From: Ignavibacteriota bacterium
GTDB lineage: Bacteria; Bacteroidota; Ignavibacteria; Kapaibacteriales; UBA2268
Assembly (NCBI GenBank): GCA_019637995.1
Contig: JAHBUQ010000001.1
Location: 1,103,589 to 1,167,588 of the forward strand
Length of the DNA: 64,000 nt
Reading direction: 5' to 3'
Shown here: positions 39,230-49,007 of the stretch, one piece after another
How positions within the stretch are numbered: the first letter of the stretch is position 1
Layout: the number at the start of each line of letters is the position of its first letter
The notes under the pieces: generated by a model
What the model saw: the letters and a program-made list of their open reading frames with translations, nothing else
Database searches by the model: none
What the model was told of the DNA's origin: nothing
Position numbers and translations under genes: made by a program

Positions 39230-39937
39230 ATGGAAGCTAAATTTACTTATCTATTGCTGAATTTGTTTACAATTTCATATCCATTGGCTCAGAGTTTCGA
39301 ATGGAGACTGACATATTATAAAAGCTGGTATGCTCTATTTCCTGCGATGCTACTAACAGGCATTTTTTTCATTGTTTGGGATGTTCTGAAAACCTGGTAT
39401 GGAGTATGGTCATTTAATCCTGAGTATTTAATCGGAATAAATATCATAAATCTTCCTTTAGAAGAATGGCTGTTTTTTGTCACAGTTCCTTATGCTTGTG
39501 TATTTATCTATGAAGTTATGAATTATTATGTAAAAAAAGATGTTTTTGGCAATATTTCAAAGCAAATTTCTTTAATTCTCGGTATTTTTATTTTAGTAAG
39601 CGGGCTTCTGAACAATGATAAGGCATATACTTTTGTTATGTTTTCGTTACAGGGAATTTATTTAATTTTGATGTCCTTATATTTCAAGCCCAAATGGTTT
39701 GGCAGGTTTTTTCTTGCCTATCTTGTATCTCTTATTCCTTTTGGATTAGTAAACGGCATCCTGACTGCTCTTCCAGTAGTAATTTACAATAATGCTGAGA
39801 ATCTTGGAATCAGACTTTACACAATCCCTATCGAGGACACCATGTACAGTATGATGCTTATGATGATGAATATTCATTTATACGAATTTTTCAAAAGCAA
39901 GTCACTAAAAAAACATCTTAGAATTAATTCATATTGA
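39230..39937 (+). CDS. Lycopene-cyclase-domain protein (fused CrtYc/CrtYd-type, two tandem domains), 235 aa
   Basis: Two repeats, each with three TM helices and a P-x-E-E/D-x-hydrophobic motif (LPLEEWLFFVTVPY; IPIEDTMYSMM). I use ATG 39230 (MEAKFTYLL). The ORF track start at 39110 overlaps pspC. Confidence 0.55.
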   Translation: MEAKFTYLLLNLFTISYPLAQSFEWRLTYYKSWYALFPAMLLTGIFFIVWDVLKTWYGVWSFNPEYLIGINIINLPLEEWLFFVTVPYACVFIYEVMNYYVKKDVFGNISKQISLILGIFILVSGLLNNDKAYTFVMFSLQGIYLILMSLYFKPKWFGRFFLAYLVSLIPFGLVNGILTALPVVIYNNAENLGIRLYTIPIEDTMYSMMLMMMNIHLYEFFKSKSLKKHLRINSY

Positions 39938-39995
39938 AAAGCCCCCAAATAATTGGAGGCTTTTCTGAAATCATAATTTCAAAACAAGAAACAGA

Positions 39996-40955
39996 CTATC
40001 CCTTAATTGCTTTCACTTTTTCGGTTAATTTTGGTAATATATCGAATATATCACCTACTAAACCATAGTCAGCAACTTTGAAAATCGGTGCATCTTTGTC
40101 TTTATTTACTGCAAAAATTATTTTCGAGCTTGACATACCTGCAAGATGCTGAACTGCACCGGAAATACCGCATGCAACATATAATGTTGGAGATACAGTT
40201 TTACCTGTCTGACCTACCTGCTCAGAATGTGGTCTCCAGCCGGCATCAACAACTGCACGTGAAGCACCTACAGCACCGCCAAGAGCAGAAGCAAGATTTT
40301 CGATCAGATGATAATTTTCAGGTCCTTTGAGTGCTCTACCACCTGAAACTACAATGTCAGCTTCAAGAACGTCGAGCTTGCCTTCATTTCGGAGAATATT
40401 TGTAACCTTAACTTTTGCTTCAGCAGTTGAAGTTTCTGCATTTATGCTTTCAACATTCATACCTGAAACAGGATTTTTCACCGAAGTAAATACGTTAGGT
40501 CTTAATGATAATACTTTGTTTGATGTATTAAACATAGATGTAATTATTGCTTTTCCTGCGTAAACAGGCTTTTGTACACTAATTTCCCCATTTTCAATTT
40601 TTATGCCAACAACATCTGCGACATATCCTGCACCTATACCTACTGAAACTCGCGGTGCTAATTCAAGTCCTGTCGCATTAGCTGAGAACAGCACTGTATC
40701 GAATCCTTTTGATTTGATAACACGATTTAAAATGGAGGCATGTTGGGATGAAGAATAACTTGAATCACCATCAAAATTAACGAGTATAGCATTTTTCAAT
40801 CCATATTCTTCTGCTGTTTTTGCTTGTTCGGCAGTTCCACCGATTAAAATCCCCGTAACATCATCGCCAATTAATGATGCCGCAGAAATAAGCTCATAAG
40901 AAACTCTTTTAAGAGAACTTTTGTTAGGTTCGAGATAAACTAAAATTTTGCTCAT
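39996..40955 (-). CDS. etfA: Electron transfer flavoprotein alpha subunit
   Basis: N-terminal MSKILVYLEP, the FAD-binding C-terminal LYVACGISGAVQHLAGMSSSKIIFAVNKDKDAPIF, and a length of 319 aa. Confidence 0.9.
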   Translation of the reverse strand: MSKILVYLEPNKSSLKRVSYELISAASLIGDDVTGILIGGTAEQAKTAEEYGLKNAILVNFDGDSSYSSSQHASILNRVIKSKGFDTVLFSANATGLELAPRVSVGIGAGYVADVVGIKIENGEISVQKPVYAGKAIITSMFNTSNKVLSLRPNVFTSVKNPVSGMNVESINAETSTAEAKVKVTNILRNEGKLDVLEADIVVSGGRALKGPENYHLIENLASALGGAVGASRAVVDAGWRPHSEQVGQTGKTVSPTLYVACGISGAVQHLAGMSSSKIIFAVNKDKDAPIFKVADYGLVGDIFDILPKLTEKVKAIKG

Positions 40956-40989
40956 AATTTATATATTTCCTTTTTACTTATTTACTTAA

Positions 40990-41733
40990 TTATATTACTT
41001 TAGCATCTTCTTGGAGACTGCGAATAATTTCGGCAATATCGGCATCTGAATCTCCTAAAATTTTACCGACTCTTTGTTTGCTTGGAAGTTCCATACCTAT
41101 AACAGAAACAGTAGATTCAACCGATTTGGCATCAATTTCATCAATAGGTTTCTTTTTAGCTTTCATAATATCGGGCAATTTTGGATAGCGTGGTTCATTA
41201 AGTCCTTTCTGGCAACTTATCAGGCATGGCAATGTAGCTTCAACTGCTTCTTTACCGCCTTCTATATCACGCTCCGCTTTTACTTCATTTCCAATAACTT
41301 CAAGCTTTGAGACAACTGAAATCGAAGGAATATCAAGCAGACCTGCAACCATAGAAGGAACTTGGAATGAATCAAAATCAACACTTTGGCGACCTGCAAA
41401 TATTATATCATAAGATACTGTTTTTGCATATTCTGCAAGATTGAAAGCAGTCTGATATGAATCCAGATTTTCACCTTTAATAAATACCGCATTATCAGCG
41501 CCCATTGCAAGTGCTGTTCTCAGGATTTCACTTGATTCAGCGGAACCTACTGTAACTGCTGTAACTGTACCGCCATTTTTTTCTCTAAGTCTTAGTCCTT
41601 CTTCAAGTGCAAATTCATCATAAGGATTTAGAATGTACTTAACACCTTTGCTATCAATGTTTTTACCGTCAACACCAACAAAAATTTTGGTCGCTGTATC
41701 GGGTACTCTTGATACAAATACAAGAATATTCAT
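40990..41733 (-). CDS. etfB: Electron transfer flavoprotein beta subunit
   Basis: MNILVFVSRVPDTATKI...; length 247 aa; sits immediately upstream of etfA. Confidence 0.9.
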   Translation of the reverse strand: MNILVFVSRVPDTATKIFVGVDGKNIDSKGVKYILNPYDEFALEEGLRLREKNGGTVTAVTVGSAESSEILRTALAMGADNAVFIKGENLDSYQTAFNLAEYAKTVSYDIIFAGRQSVDFDSFQVPSMVAGLLDIPSISVVSKLEVIGNEVKAERDIEGGKEAVEATLPCLISCQKGLNEPRYPKLPDIMKAKKKPIDEIDAKSVESTVSVIGMELPSKQRVGKILGDSDADIAEIIRSLQEDAKVI

Positions 41734-41880
41734 TAAATTACTCCGATTTTAGAATCTAAATAAAATATTGTTTATATAATAATTAAAGTTAAACGAATTT
41801 ATAGTTAATTATTTTATTTTCTCACAATTTTCTTAAATTATCAAAAATATATCAGGGTAGTCAGTTGTTGATATTTGTTA

Positions 41881-41923
41881 ATGATATAAATACATCTCGT
41901 CAGTTGTTATTACTGACGAGATG
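41881..41923 (-). terminator. Hairpin (12-bp perfect stem CATCTCGTCAGT / ACTGACGAGATG, 7-nt loop) between the PaaZ-like gene and etfB. Terminator or attenuator candidate.
   Basis: Perfect inverted repeat 28 nt after the 41951 stop. In minus sense it is followed by TATTTATATCAT. Confidence 0.5.
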
Positions 41924-41950
41924 ACATACAATCACAAACAAATTCAAAAA

Positions 41951-43990
41951 TTAGATTTTCTTTGCTACAAGAGTAAGTATCGTTGCTTGGGTTACGAGCT
42001 CATTATTTTGATTAAAGACTTCGACATCCCATTTCACAACGCCATGAGGCGGCATTCCTTCTTTATCTTCTTTAGCTGTTTTTTCGAGTACAGTCAAATT
42101 TACTCTGATTGTATCACCGACATAAACCGGCTGGGTAAACCGAAGTTCGTCTATCCCATAATTTGCAAGTACAGGACCTTTCTTTGGGTCAACAAACAGA
42201 CCGGCAGCAGCCGACATGACAAAATATCCATGTGCCACCCTGCTTGTGAAAAAAGTTCCTTCAAGAGAGGTTACATCGGTATGTGCATAGAAATTATCGC
42301 CGCTTACTCCTGTAAAATTAACAATATCAGTTTCAGTTACTGTTCTGCCATGAGTTGATAAAGTATCTCCAATTTCCAGCTCTTCAAAATATTTACGGAA
42401 CGGATGTATGACATCTTCCCTACGCTCGGCACCCTTCTGCCACCTGTTACTAATTTTTGTTATGGTTGTTGGATGTCCCTGAATTGCAGTTCTCTGCATA
42501 TAATGCGTAACAGACCTGATGCCTCCAAGCTCTTCACCACCGCCAGCTCTGCCGGGACCTCCATGTACAAGATGTGGCATAGGCGAGCCGTGACCGGTAG
42601 ATTCCTTTGCACAATCCTTATTTATAATAATAAGCCTTCCGTGATATGAAGCAGTTCCGAAGAAAAGCTCTTTAGCTACATCATTATCGGCAGTAAAAAT
42701 TGAGCCTACAAGACTTCCCTGACCTTTCTTTGCCAGTATTGCGGCTTCTTCAGTTGTTTTATAAGGAATAATTGTGCTGACAGGTCCAAATGCTTCAATA
42801 TCATGGACTTCGTTTGCTGTGAAGGGATTATTACAATATAACAATGTAGCAGGGAAGAATGCTCCGTCTTCAGCATTTCCACCTACAATATCGTAGCTGT
42901 CGAGAGAACCGCTGACTAGTTCACAGCTGCGCATCAGCTCTTCTACTTTTGAACGAACTTCTTTAACTTGGGGCTTCCCTGCGAGTGGTCCCATTCTGAC
43001 ATTTTCTATATCCGGATTACCTATAATATTTTTGGCAAGTCTTGATTTCAGTGCATTTATGACCGGTTCGACCATATTTTCAGGAACAATTGCCCTACGA
43101 ATTGCAGTACATTTCTGCCCTGCTTTGACAGTCATTTCCCTAACAATTTCCTTAATATAAAGGTCAAATTCTTCTTTATCTGGTGTTACATCTATTCCAA
43201 GAATTGAGCAGTTCAATGAATCTGCTTCCATATTAAATCTTACAGAATTTTCCAAAAATGCCGGACTTGATTTCAGCATTTTGCCTGTAACTGCCGAGCC
43301 TGTAAATGTTACAACATCCTGGCATGTAACATGCTCCAGTAAATCACCGGCACTGCCTGTAATGAGCTGCAATGCACCTTCCGGGAGGATTTTTGAAACA
43401 ATAATTTCTTTCACCATAAGTTCTGTCAGATAAGCAGTAAGTGATGCCGGTTTAACAATTGCAGGTAAACCTGCAAGAAGGGAAGGTGAAATTTTCTCAA
43501 GCATTCCCCAGATTGGGAAATTAAATGCATTGATATGAATAGCTGCCCCTTCAAGCGGAACGCAGATATGATGTCCAATAAAAGTTCCTTTTTTGGATAT
43601 TACCTCAGCATTTCCCTCCAATAGAAACGGCTCGTCCGGTAATTCCCGTCTACCTTTGCTTGCGTAAGTAAATAGAGTACCAATTCCTCCCTCGATATCA
43701 ATCCAAGAGTCAGTCCTTGTAGCACCTGTGGCTTTCGATAGTTCATAGAATATTTCTTTTTTGCTTAACAAATGCTGTGCTAATGCCTTAAGCATTCTTG
43801 CTCTTTCGTGGAATGTCATTTTCCTTAAAGTTGGACTTCCTACCTCGCGGGCATACCTTAGCATATCCTTAAAATCAACGCCTTTACTTGATATTTCACC
43901 GATTGGCTCACCGGTTACAGCATGAAATAGCATAGTACCGCTTCCTTCACCCTCTATCCATTGACCGCTTGCATAGCTCTTTAATTTCAT
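41951..43990 (-). CDS. Bifunctional aldehyde dehydrogenase / MaoC-like (R)-specific enoyl-CoA hydratase (PaaZ-like), 679 aa
   Basis: N-terminal ALDH-superfamily domain (…GAAIHINAFNFPIWG…) and C-terminal hotdog/MaoC domain (…HGYFVMSAAAGLFVD…GDTIRVNLTVLEK…). Size and domain order match PaaZ. Confidence 0.7.
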   Translation of the reverse strand: MKLKSYASGQWIEGEGSGTMLFHAVTGEPIGEISSKGVDFKDMLRYAREVGSPTLRKMTFHERARMLKALAQHLLSKKEIFYELSKATGATRTDSWIDIEGGIGTLFTYASKGRRELPDEPFLLEGNAEVISKKGTFIGHHICVPLEGAAIHINAFNFPIWGMLEKISPSLLAGLPAIVKPASLTAYLTELMVKEIIVSKILPEGALQLITGSAGDLLEHVTCQDVVTFTGSAVTGKMLKSSPAFLENSVRFNMEADSLNCSILGIDVTPDKEEFDLYIKEIVREMTVKAGQKCTAIRRAIVPENMVEPVINALKSRLAKNIIGNPDIENVRMGPLAGKPQVKEVRSKVEELMRSCELVSGSLDSYDIVGGNAEDGAFFPATLLYCNNPFTANEVHDIEAFGPVSTIIPYKTTEEAAILAKKGQGSLVGSIFTADNDVAKELFFGTASYHGRLIIINKDCAKESTGHGSPMPHLVHGGPGRAGGGEELGGIRSVTHYMQRTAIQGHPTTITKISNRWQKGAERREDVIHPFRKYFEELEIGDTLSTHGRTVTETDIVNFTGVSGDNFYAHTDVTSLEGTFFTSRVAHGYFVMSAAAGLFVDPKKGPVLANYGIDELRFTQPVYVGDTIRVNLTVLEKTAKEDKEGMPPHGVVKWDVEVFNQNNELVTQATILTLVAKKI

Positions 43991-44302
43991 TTGAAATCCT
44001 AATTTTTTTTATTTGACAGAATTGATATTAATAAATTAACGTTGAAATATGAAAAGTGTTGTTAATTTTTTTGAGTTGATTAGGTGTAGTGTGTTGTGGT
44101 TAGAGTTTGAGAATTGAATAATATTGTTTTGAGACAAATTTACAGAAAATGTTATCATCAGGATACTAAAATCACAAATATGAAATCTTAAAATATCATG
44201 GACATTTCATTATGAAATATTTATCTAATGACACAATACTACTTCTGTGCTAAGTCGAAGTGTGACACTTTAATATAATATTTAACAAGTTGCCGGTTTC
44301 AA

Positions 44303-45910
44303 TTACATTCTGAAAATACCAAATCTTGGTTCAGGAATTTCCCGATTTAGTGACATAGATATTCCAAGAGCTATTGCATTTCTTGTGTCGAGCGGGTCAA
44401 TGATTCCATCGTCCCATAGTCTTGCAGTACTGTAGTATGGGCTTGCTTCTTGCTCATATTGCCGAAGAATAGGTTCCTGAATCATACGAATGTCTTCATC
44501 AGTTAGTTTCACACCAGTTTTTTCCAACTGTTTGATTTTGACAGTAGAAAGAACATTTGCTGCCTGCTCGCCGCCCATAACAGAGATTCTGCTATTTGGG
44601 TACATAAATAATAAACGAGGTTTGTATCCTCTGCCACACATAGCATAATTACCTGCACCATAAGATCCGCCGACTATAACAGTAAATTTCGGCACCTGTG
44701 CATTAGCAACAGCGTGAACAAGTTTAGCTCCATCGCGTGCAATGCCTCCATGTTCATATTTTTTCCCAACTATAAATCCTGTTATATTTTGTAAAAATAG
44801 TAATGGGATTTTTCTCATAGAGCATAATTCGATAAAATGGGCTCCTTTTAGACTTGACTCTGAGAAAAGAACACCGTTATTAGCAATAATTCCTACCGGA
44901 TACCCTTTAATTCTTGCAAATCCGGTAATTAAGGTCTTGCCATATTCAGCTTTGAACTGCTGAAATCTACTTCCATCAACAAGTCTGGCAATCACTTCCA
45001 TCATATCAAATTGTTGGCGGAGATTTGCAGGGAGAATGCCATAAATTTCTTTCGGGTCATAGAATGGCTCTTCAGGGATTTCAATATCAAGTTCAAATTT
45101 TCTTTTTTTGTCGAAATTTTCAACAATATTCCGAACGATTTCAAGAGCGTGCATATCATTTTGGGCATAATGGTCTGAAACGCCTGAAATCTTGCAATGT
45201 ACATCAGCACCTCCAAGTTCTTCATCTGTAACTATTTCTCCGGTTGCAGCCTTAACAAGTGGCGGTCCTCCGATAAATATTGTCGCCTGATTTCTGACCA
45301 TAATAGTTTCGTCGCTCATTGCCGGAACATAAGCTCCACCTGCTGTGCAGGAACCCATCACACAAGCAATCTGAGGAATTCCTTCGGCTGACATCTGAGC
45401 CTGATTATAAAATATATTTCCAAAATGCTCTTTATCGGCGAATGTATCGGATTGATATGGCAGAAAAATTCCGCCTGAATCCACGAGATATATGCAAGGG
45501 AGCTTGTTTTCAAGAGCTACAGTCTGAGCTCTTATGTGTTTTTTGATTGTCATCGGGAAATATGTACCACCCTTGACTGTGGCATCATTGGCGACAATCA
45601 TACATTCCCTGCCTTTGATTACACCAATACCGGTAATCACACCGGCAGATGGAGCATCGCCATCATACATATCGTAAGCAGCAAGTGAATTAAGCTCAAG
45701 AAATGGAGTATTTTCATCGCAAAGATTGGCAATTCTGTCGCGTACTAATAATTTACCTCTGTCTGTGTGGCGTTTACGGGCAATTTCCGGACCTCCAAGC
45801 CTGACCTTATCGAGAGTTTCTTTAAGCTGTGAAGTAAGTTTTATCAAATTTTCATGGTTTTCTTTAAATTCAGGCGATTTTGTATTTAATTTTGAATTAA
45901 TTCTGTACAT
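44303..45910 (-). CDS. Acyl-CoA carboxylase carboxyltransferase (beta) subunit, 535 aa; methylcrotonyl-CoA or propionyl-CoA carboxylase beta-like
   Basis: Two carboxyltransferase half-domains: …[30 protein letters not shown]… and …[29 protein letters not shown]…[16 protein letters not shown]…. Confidence 0.85.
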   Translation of the reverse strand: MYRINSKLNTKSPEFKENHENLIKLTSQLKETLDKVRLGGPEIARKRHTDRGKLLVRDRIANLCDENTPFLELNSLAAYDMYDGDAPSAGVITGIGVIKGRECMIVANDATVKGGTYFPMTIKKHIRAQTVALENKLPCIYLVDSGGIFLPYQSDTFADKEHFGNIFYNQAQMSAEGIPQIACVMGSCTAGGAYVPAMSDETIMVRNQATIFIGGPPLVKAATGEIVTDEELGGADVHCKISGVSDHYAQNDMHALEIVRNIVENFDKKRKFELDIEIPEEPFYDPKEIYGILPANLRQQFDMMEVIARLVDGSRFQQFKAEYGKTLITGFARIKGYPVGIIANNGVLFSESSLKGAHFIELCSMRKIPLLFLQNITGFIVGKKYEHGGIARDGAKLVHAVANAQVPKFTVIVGGSYGAGNYAMCGRGYKPRLLFMYPNSRISVMGGEQAANVLSTVKIKQLEKTGVKLTDEDIRMIQEPILRQYEQEASPYYSTARLWDDGIIDPLDTRNAIALGISMSLNREIPEPRFGIFRM

Positions 45911-46270
45911 TCAAAAAGCTCCGGAAATTTCATAAATAAAAATTCTAAAACGTATTGATTAAAAAAACATTTTCGTTTTCATTAAAACCTTCTGTGATTT
46001 AAAAATATTGAAAAAATAAAAAAAAACTATATTATATAGACATTATACATTTAAAATTTTGTTTATTAATCAAAATTTACTAATTTTAAGAGTTATAAAT
46101 GTGTAAATATGAATATTGTGTTAAAATTTTTGCATTTAGATTACTTGTTATCGTAAAATCATAGAAAATTTTATACCAATTTCATTTTAGAAAAATAATT
46201 TGTAACTTTTTTTGTAAATAATGTGTTATATAATAATATTTTTGTTAATCTTTTTAATGGAGTTTTTTTC

Positions 46271-48790
46271 ATGAAATCTATAAATACAAAATTAGGTATC
46301 AGCCTATTTTTATTTGCTTTTTTGTTGCTTGTTGGCACAAACGATGCTTTAGCAATAAAAAGAGTATTAATTGAACAACAAACCGGTGCTTGGTGCGGTT
46401 GGTGTCCGGATGGTTCTGTAAGAATGGACCAAATAATTGACCAGAATCCTGACAGAGTTATTGGGGTCAAATGGCACAATGGTGATGCTATGACAATTAC
46501 CGAACAATCACAGTTTGCTCAGACTTTTGGTATAACCGGTTATCCTACAGGAACTGTTGACAGAAAACCATACAATGGTAGGATTGCATTAAATAGAGGT
46601 GACTGGGCTGCAGCAGTAAATGCAAATTTGAATTCACCAAATGTAGCTGATGTATCAGTGCAATACGATTTAGATCCTACAACTAAGAAAATAACAGCTA
46701 CTGTTACAGGCAAAGCTCTTGTAAACGAAACCCGTCAATTAGCATTAAATCTATATATCATTGAAGATTTTTGCTCCGGTACCGGAAACCAGTGGGACCA
46801 AAGAAACTATATGTCAGGAAATGCAAGTTTTGTTGGACATCCTTACTATTCCAAACCTGACCCAGTTACAAACTATCAGCACATGAAAGTTGTTCGTAAA
46901 GTTTTAGGTGGTGTTTATGGTAGCACAAAAAATGTACCTGCTACATTAAATAACGGACAGGAGTTTTCTGAAACTTTCACTTACAATGTTGAACCTTCAT
47001 GGAATACTGACAATCTTTATGTTGTTGGTGTAATTCAGGCGTTTGTTACTTCAGGACAAAGTTTAACTGATGCTCAAATTATCAATGCAATAGAAGTTGG
47101 TAGAAAAGAAGTCCTAATTACAGAAGTTAATGTTGCTGAGCCTCACAAGATGATTGACCCGGGTCAGACCATGAAGAGACAAATCGAATTGCAAAATCCA
47201 CAGGATTTCCAAATTTCTGTAAATTTAGCAATATCAGGTACTGTACCTAATGGCTGGGAACTTACTTTCCCATCTTCAGTAAATATTCCTGCTAAAGGCA
47301 AAGTTAGTGTAGAAGCTACAGTTGTTGCACCAACAGGTACACCAAGTTTTGCAGAATTCAAATTCACAGCAACTCCTAAGAAATTTGCTGAATACAATTC
47401 TGCTCCTTCAGCAGGTGGATTTACTTCACTTACCAGCAATACTAAATTTATTTATTACACAGGTTCTAATGGTAATTCAGCTGCTTTCACCAGTACTATG
47501 AACGGAATGAACGAATATATTAAAGATTTCGCATTTGTTCCTTTTGGTGCAGATGTTATTGATGCCTACAAACCTGCATATTTCGATGTAATATTCATTT
47601 CATCTAATTTATCAGGTGCTTCAGGATTGTTTTCAGGCGTATCAGGTGCAAGTGTAGCTACTTTCAATGCTGTTACTCAGGCAATCAATGCAGGCAAGAA
47701 AGTTGTAATCAGTTCAGATTACGATTTATCTTATGCATTAAGCAATAATGGCACCCAGCAAGCAAGAGATTTTTATAGTTTTCTTGGTGTTGAAGGTGGC
47801 GAATATGTATTCCGTCGTCAGTTTAGTAATGGTCAGTGGGGAAATCAATTGTTCAATTTCCCTGTTAAAGGAGTTAATGGCGATGTAATTAGTAATGGTA
47901 TGAGCTTCACAGGTAATCAATATAACCAAGCTACAAATCCGTATTTTGTTTACTTAACAGATGTATTGCGAGTTAAAGCAGGTTCTTTTGGTGTACCATT
48001 CCTTATCATGGATGATGATCAATCCAGAATTGGCGGCATCCGTTTTGAAAAAGGTGAATCTAAATATATTTATATGAGTGTTGGTTTCGAAGCTTTAGTC
48101 CCTGCAGACAGAGCAATGTTAATTGACAAAATTATGAAATGGTTCAAAACTGAAACTGCTCCCGATGGTCCAAAAGTGGCAGTTAATACCAAAACCCTTG
48201 ATTTCGGTACTGTTGACACAGACCAGTCAAAAGATATGACAATTACATTATCAAATACAGGCGACCAGGCTCTTACTGTTTACAGCATTGTGAAAACCGG
48301 AGATAGTAAAAAAGCATTCACAATTGTATCAGGTGATAATGTGAAGTCAGTAGCTGCAGGTGAAAGTGTAGATGTATTGGTTAAATTTGAACCAAAAGAT
48401 GCAGATAACTATTCAGGTGTAATAACATTTACAACTGATGGTAAAAACGAGCAAACAACTTCTGTTAATCTTAGTGGCAGAGGAAATCCGGCAGGTAGTG
48501 TGGCTTATGGCACTACTCCAAACGGAGCTCTGACAATGTCAATGACACCTAATCCGGTAGTTGATAATTCTCAGTTCAACTATACGATCAGTAGCGATGA
48601 ATCAAGAAATGTAAGAATTTATGTAATGGACTTAGCAGGCAAGGTTATAACTGAACTTGTAAATTCAAGTCTTTCAGCAGGTACTTATAATATGAATTTC
48701 TCAGCTACAAATTATGTAAGCGGTACTTATTTCATTATGGCAGAAGTTGATGGCTCAAAAGCACAAATTCCTGTTGTAATTACTAAGTAA
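46271..48790 (+). CDS. Secreted protein, about 839 aa, with an N-terminal CxxC (WCGWC) thioredoxin-like motif, Ig-like DUF1573-type domains and a T9SS C-terminal sorting domain
   Basis: I place the start at ATG 46271 (MKSINTKLGISLFLFAFLLLVGTNDALA signal). The motif reads QTGAWCGWCPDG. The Ig-like part includes KTLDFGTVDTDQSKDMTITLSNTGDQALTV. The tail is MSMTPNPVVDNSQFNYTI...GTYFIMAEVDGSKAQIPVVITK. Confidence 0.65.
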   Translation: MKSINTKLGISLFLFAFLLLVGTNDALAIKRVLIEQQTGAWCGWCPDGSVRMDQIIDQNPDRVIGVKWHNGDAMTITEQSQFAQTFGITGYPTGTVDRKPYNGRIALNRGDWAAAVNANLNSPNVADVSVQYDLDPTTKKITATVTGKALVNETRQLALNLYIIEDFCSGTGNQWDQRNYMSGNASFVGHPYYSKPDPVTNYQHMKVVRKVLGGVYGSTKNVPATLNNGQEFSETFTYNVEPSWNTDNLYVVGVIQAFVTSGQSLTDAQIINAIEVGRKEVLITEVNVAEPHKMIDPGQTMKRQIELQNPQDFQISVNLAISGTVPNGWELTFPSSVNIPAKGKVSVEATVVAPTGTPSFAEFKFTATPKKFAEYNSAPSAGGFTSLTSNTKFIYYTGSNGNSAAFTSTMNGMNEYIKDFAFVPFGADVIDAYKPAYFDVIFISSNLSGASGLFSGVSGASVATFNAVTQAINAGKKVVISSDYDLSYALSNNGTQQARDFYSFLGVEGGEYVFRRQFSNGQWGNQLFNFPVKGVNGDVISNGMSFTGNQYNQATNPYFVYLTDVLRVKAGSFGVPFLIMDDDQSRIGGIRFEKGESKYIYMSVGFEALVPADRAMLIDKIMKWFKTETAPDGPKVAVNTKTLDFGTVDTDQSKDMTITLSNTGDQALTVYSIVKTGDSKKAFTIVSGDNVKSVAAGESVDVLVKFEPKDADNYSGVITFTTDGKNEQTTSVNLSGRGNPAGSVAYGTTPNGALTMSMTPNPVVDNSQFNYTISSDESRNVRIYVMDLAGKVITELVNSSLSAGTYNMNFSATNYVSGTYFIMAEVDGSKAQIPVVITK

Positions 48791-49007
48791 ACTATTACTT
48801 TTTGACTAAATATGACAGCCGGAATAGGTTATATTTCGGCTGTTTTAATAAAAAAGAATATGAAATTGGTAACTTATGCCCTAAGATAATGAATTAGTCA
48901 TAATCTTAGGATGCAAGTTAAACGAAATATTGATTTTATTCGACTATAAATTTATATATATTATTGAAAACAAGAAATTTTTCAAATTAGTTTAAGGAGT
49001 AATTATA

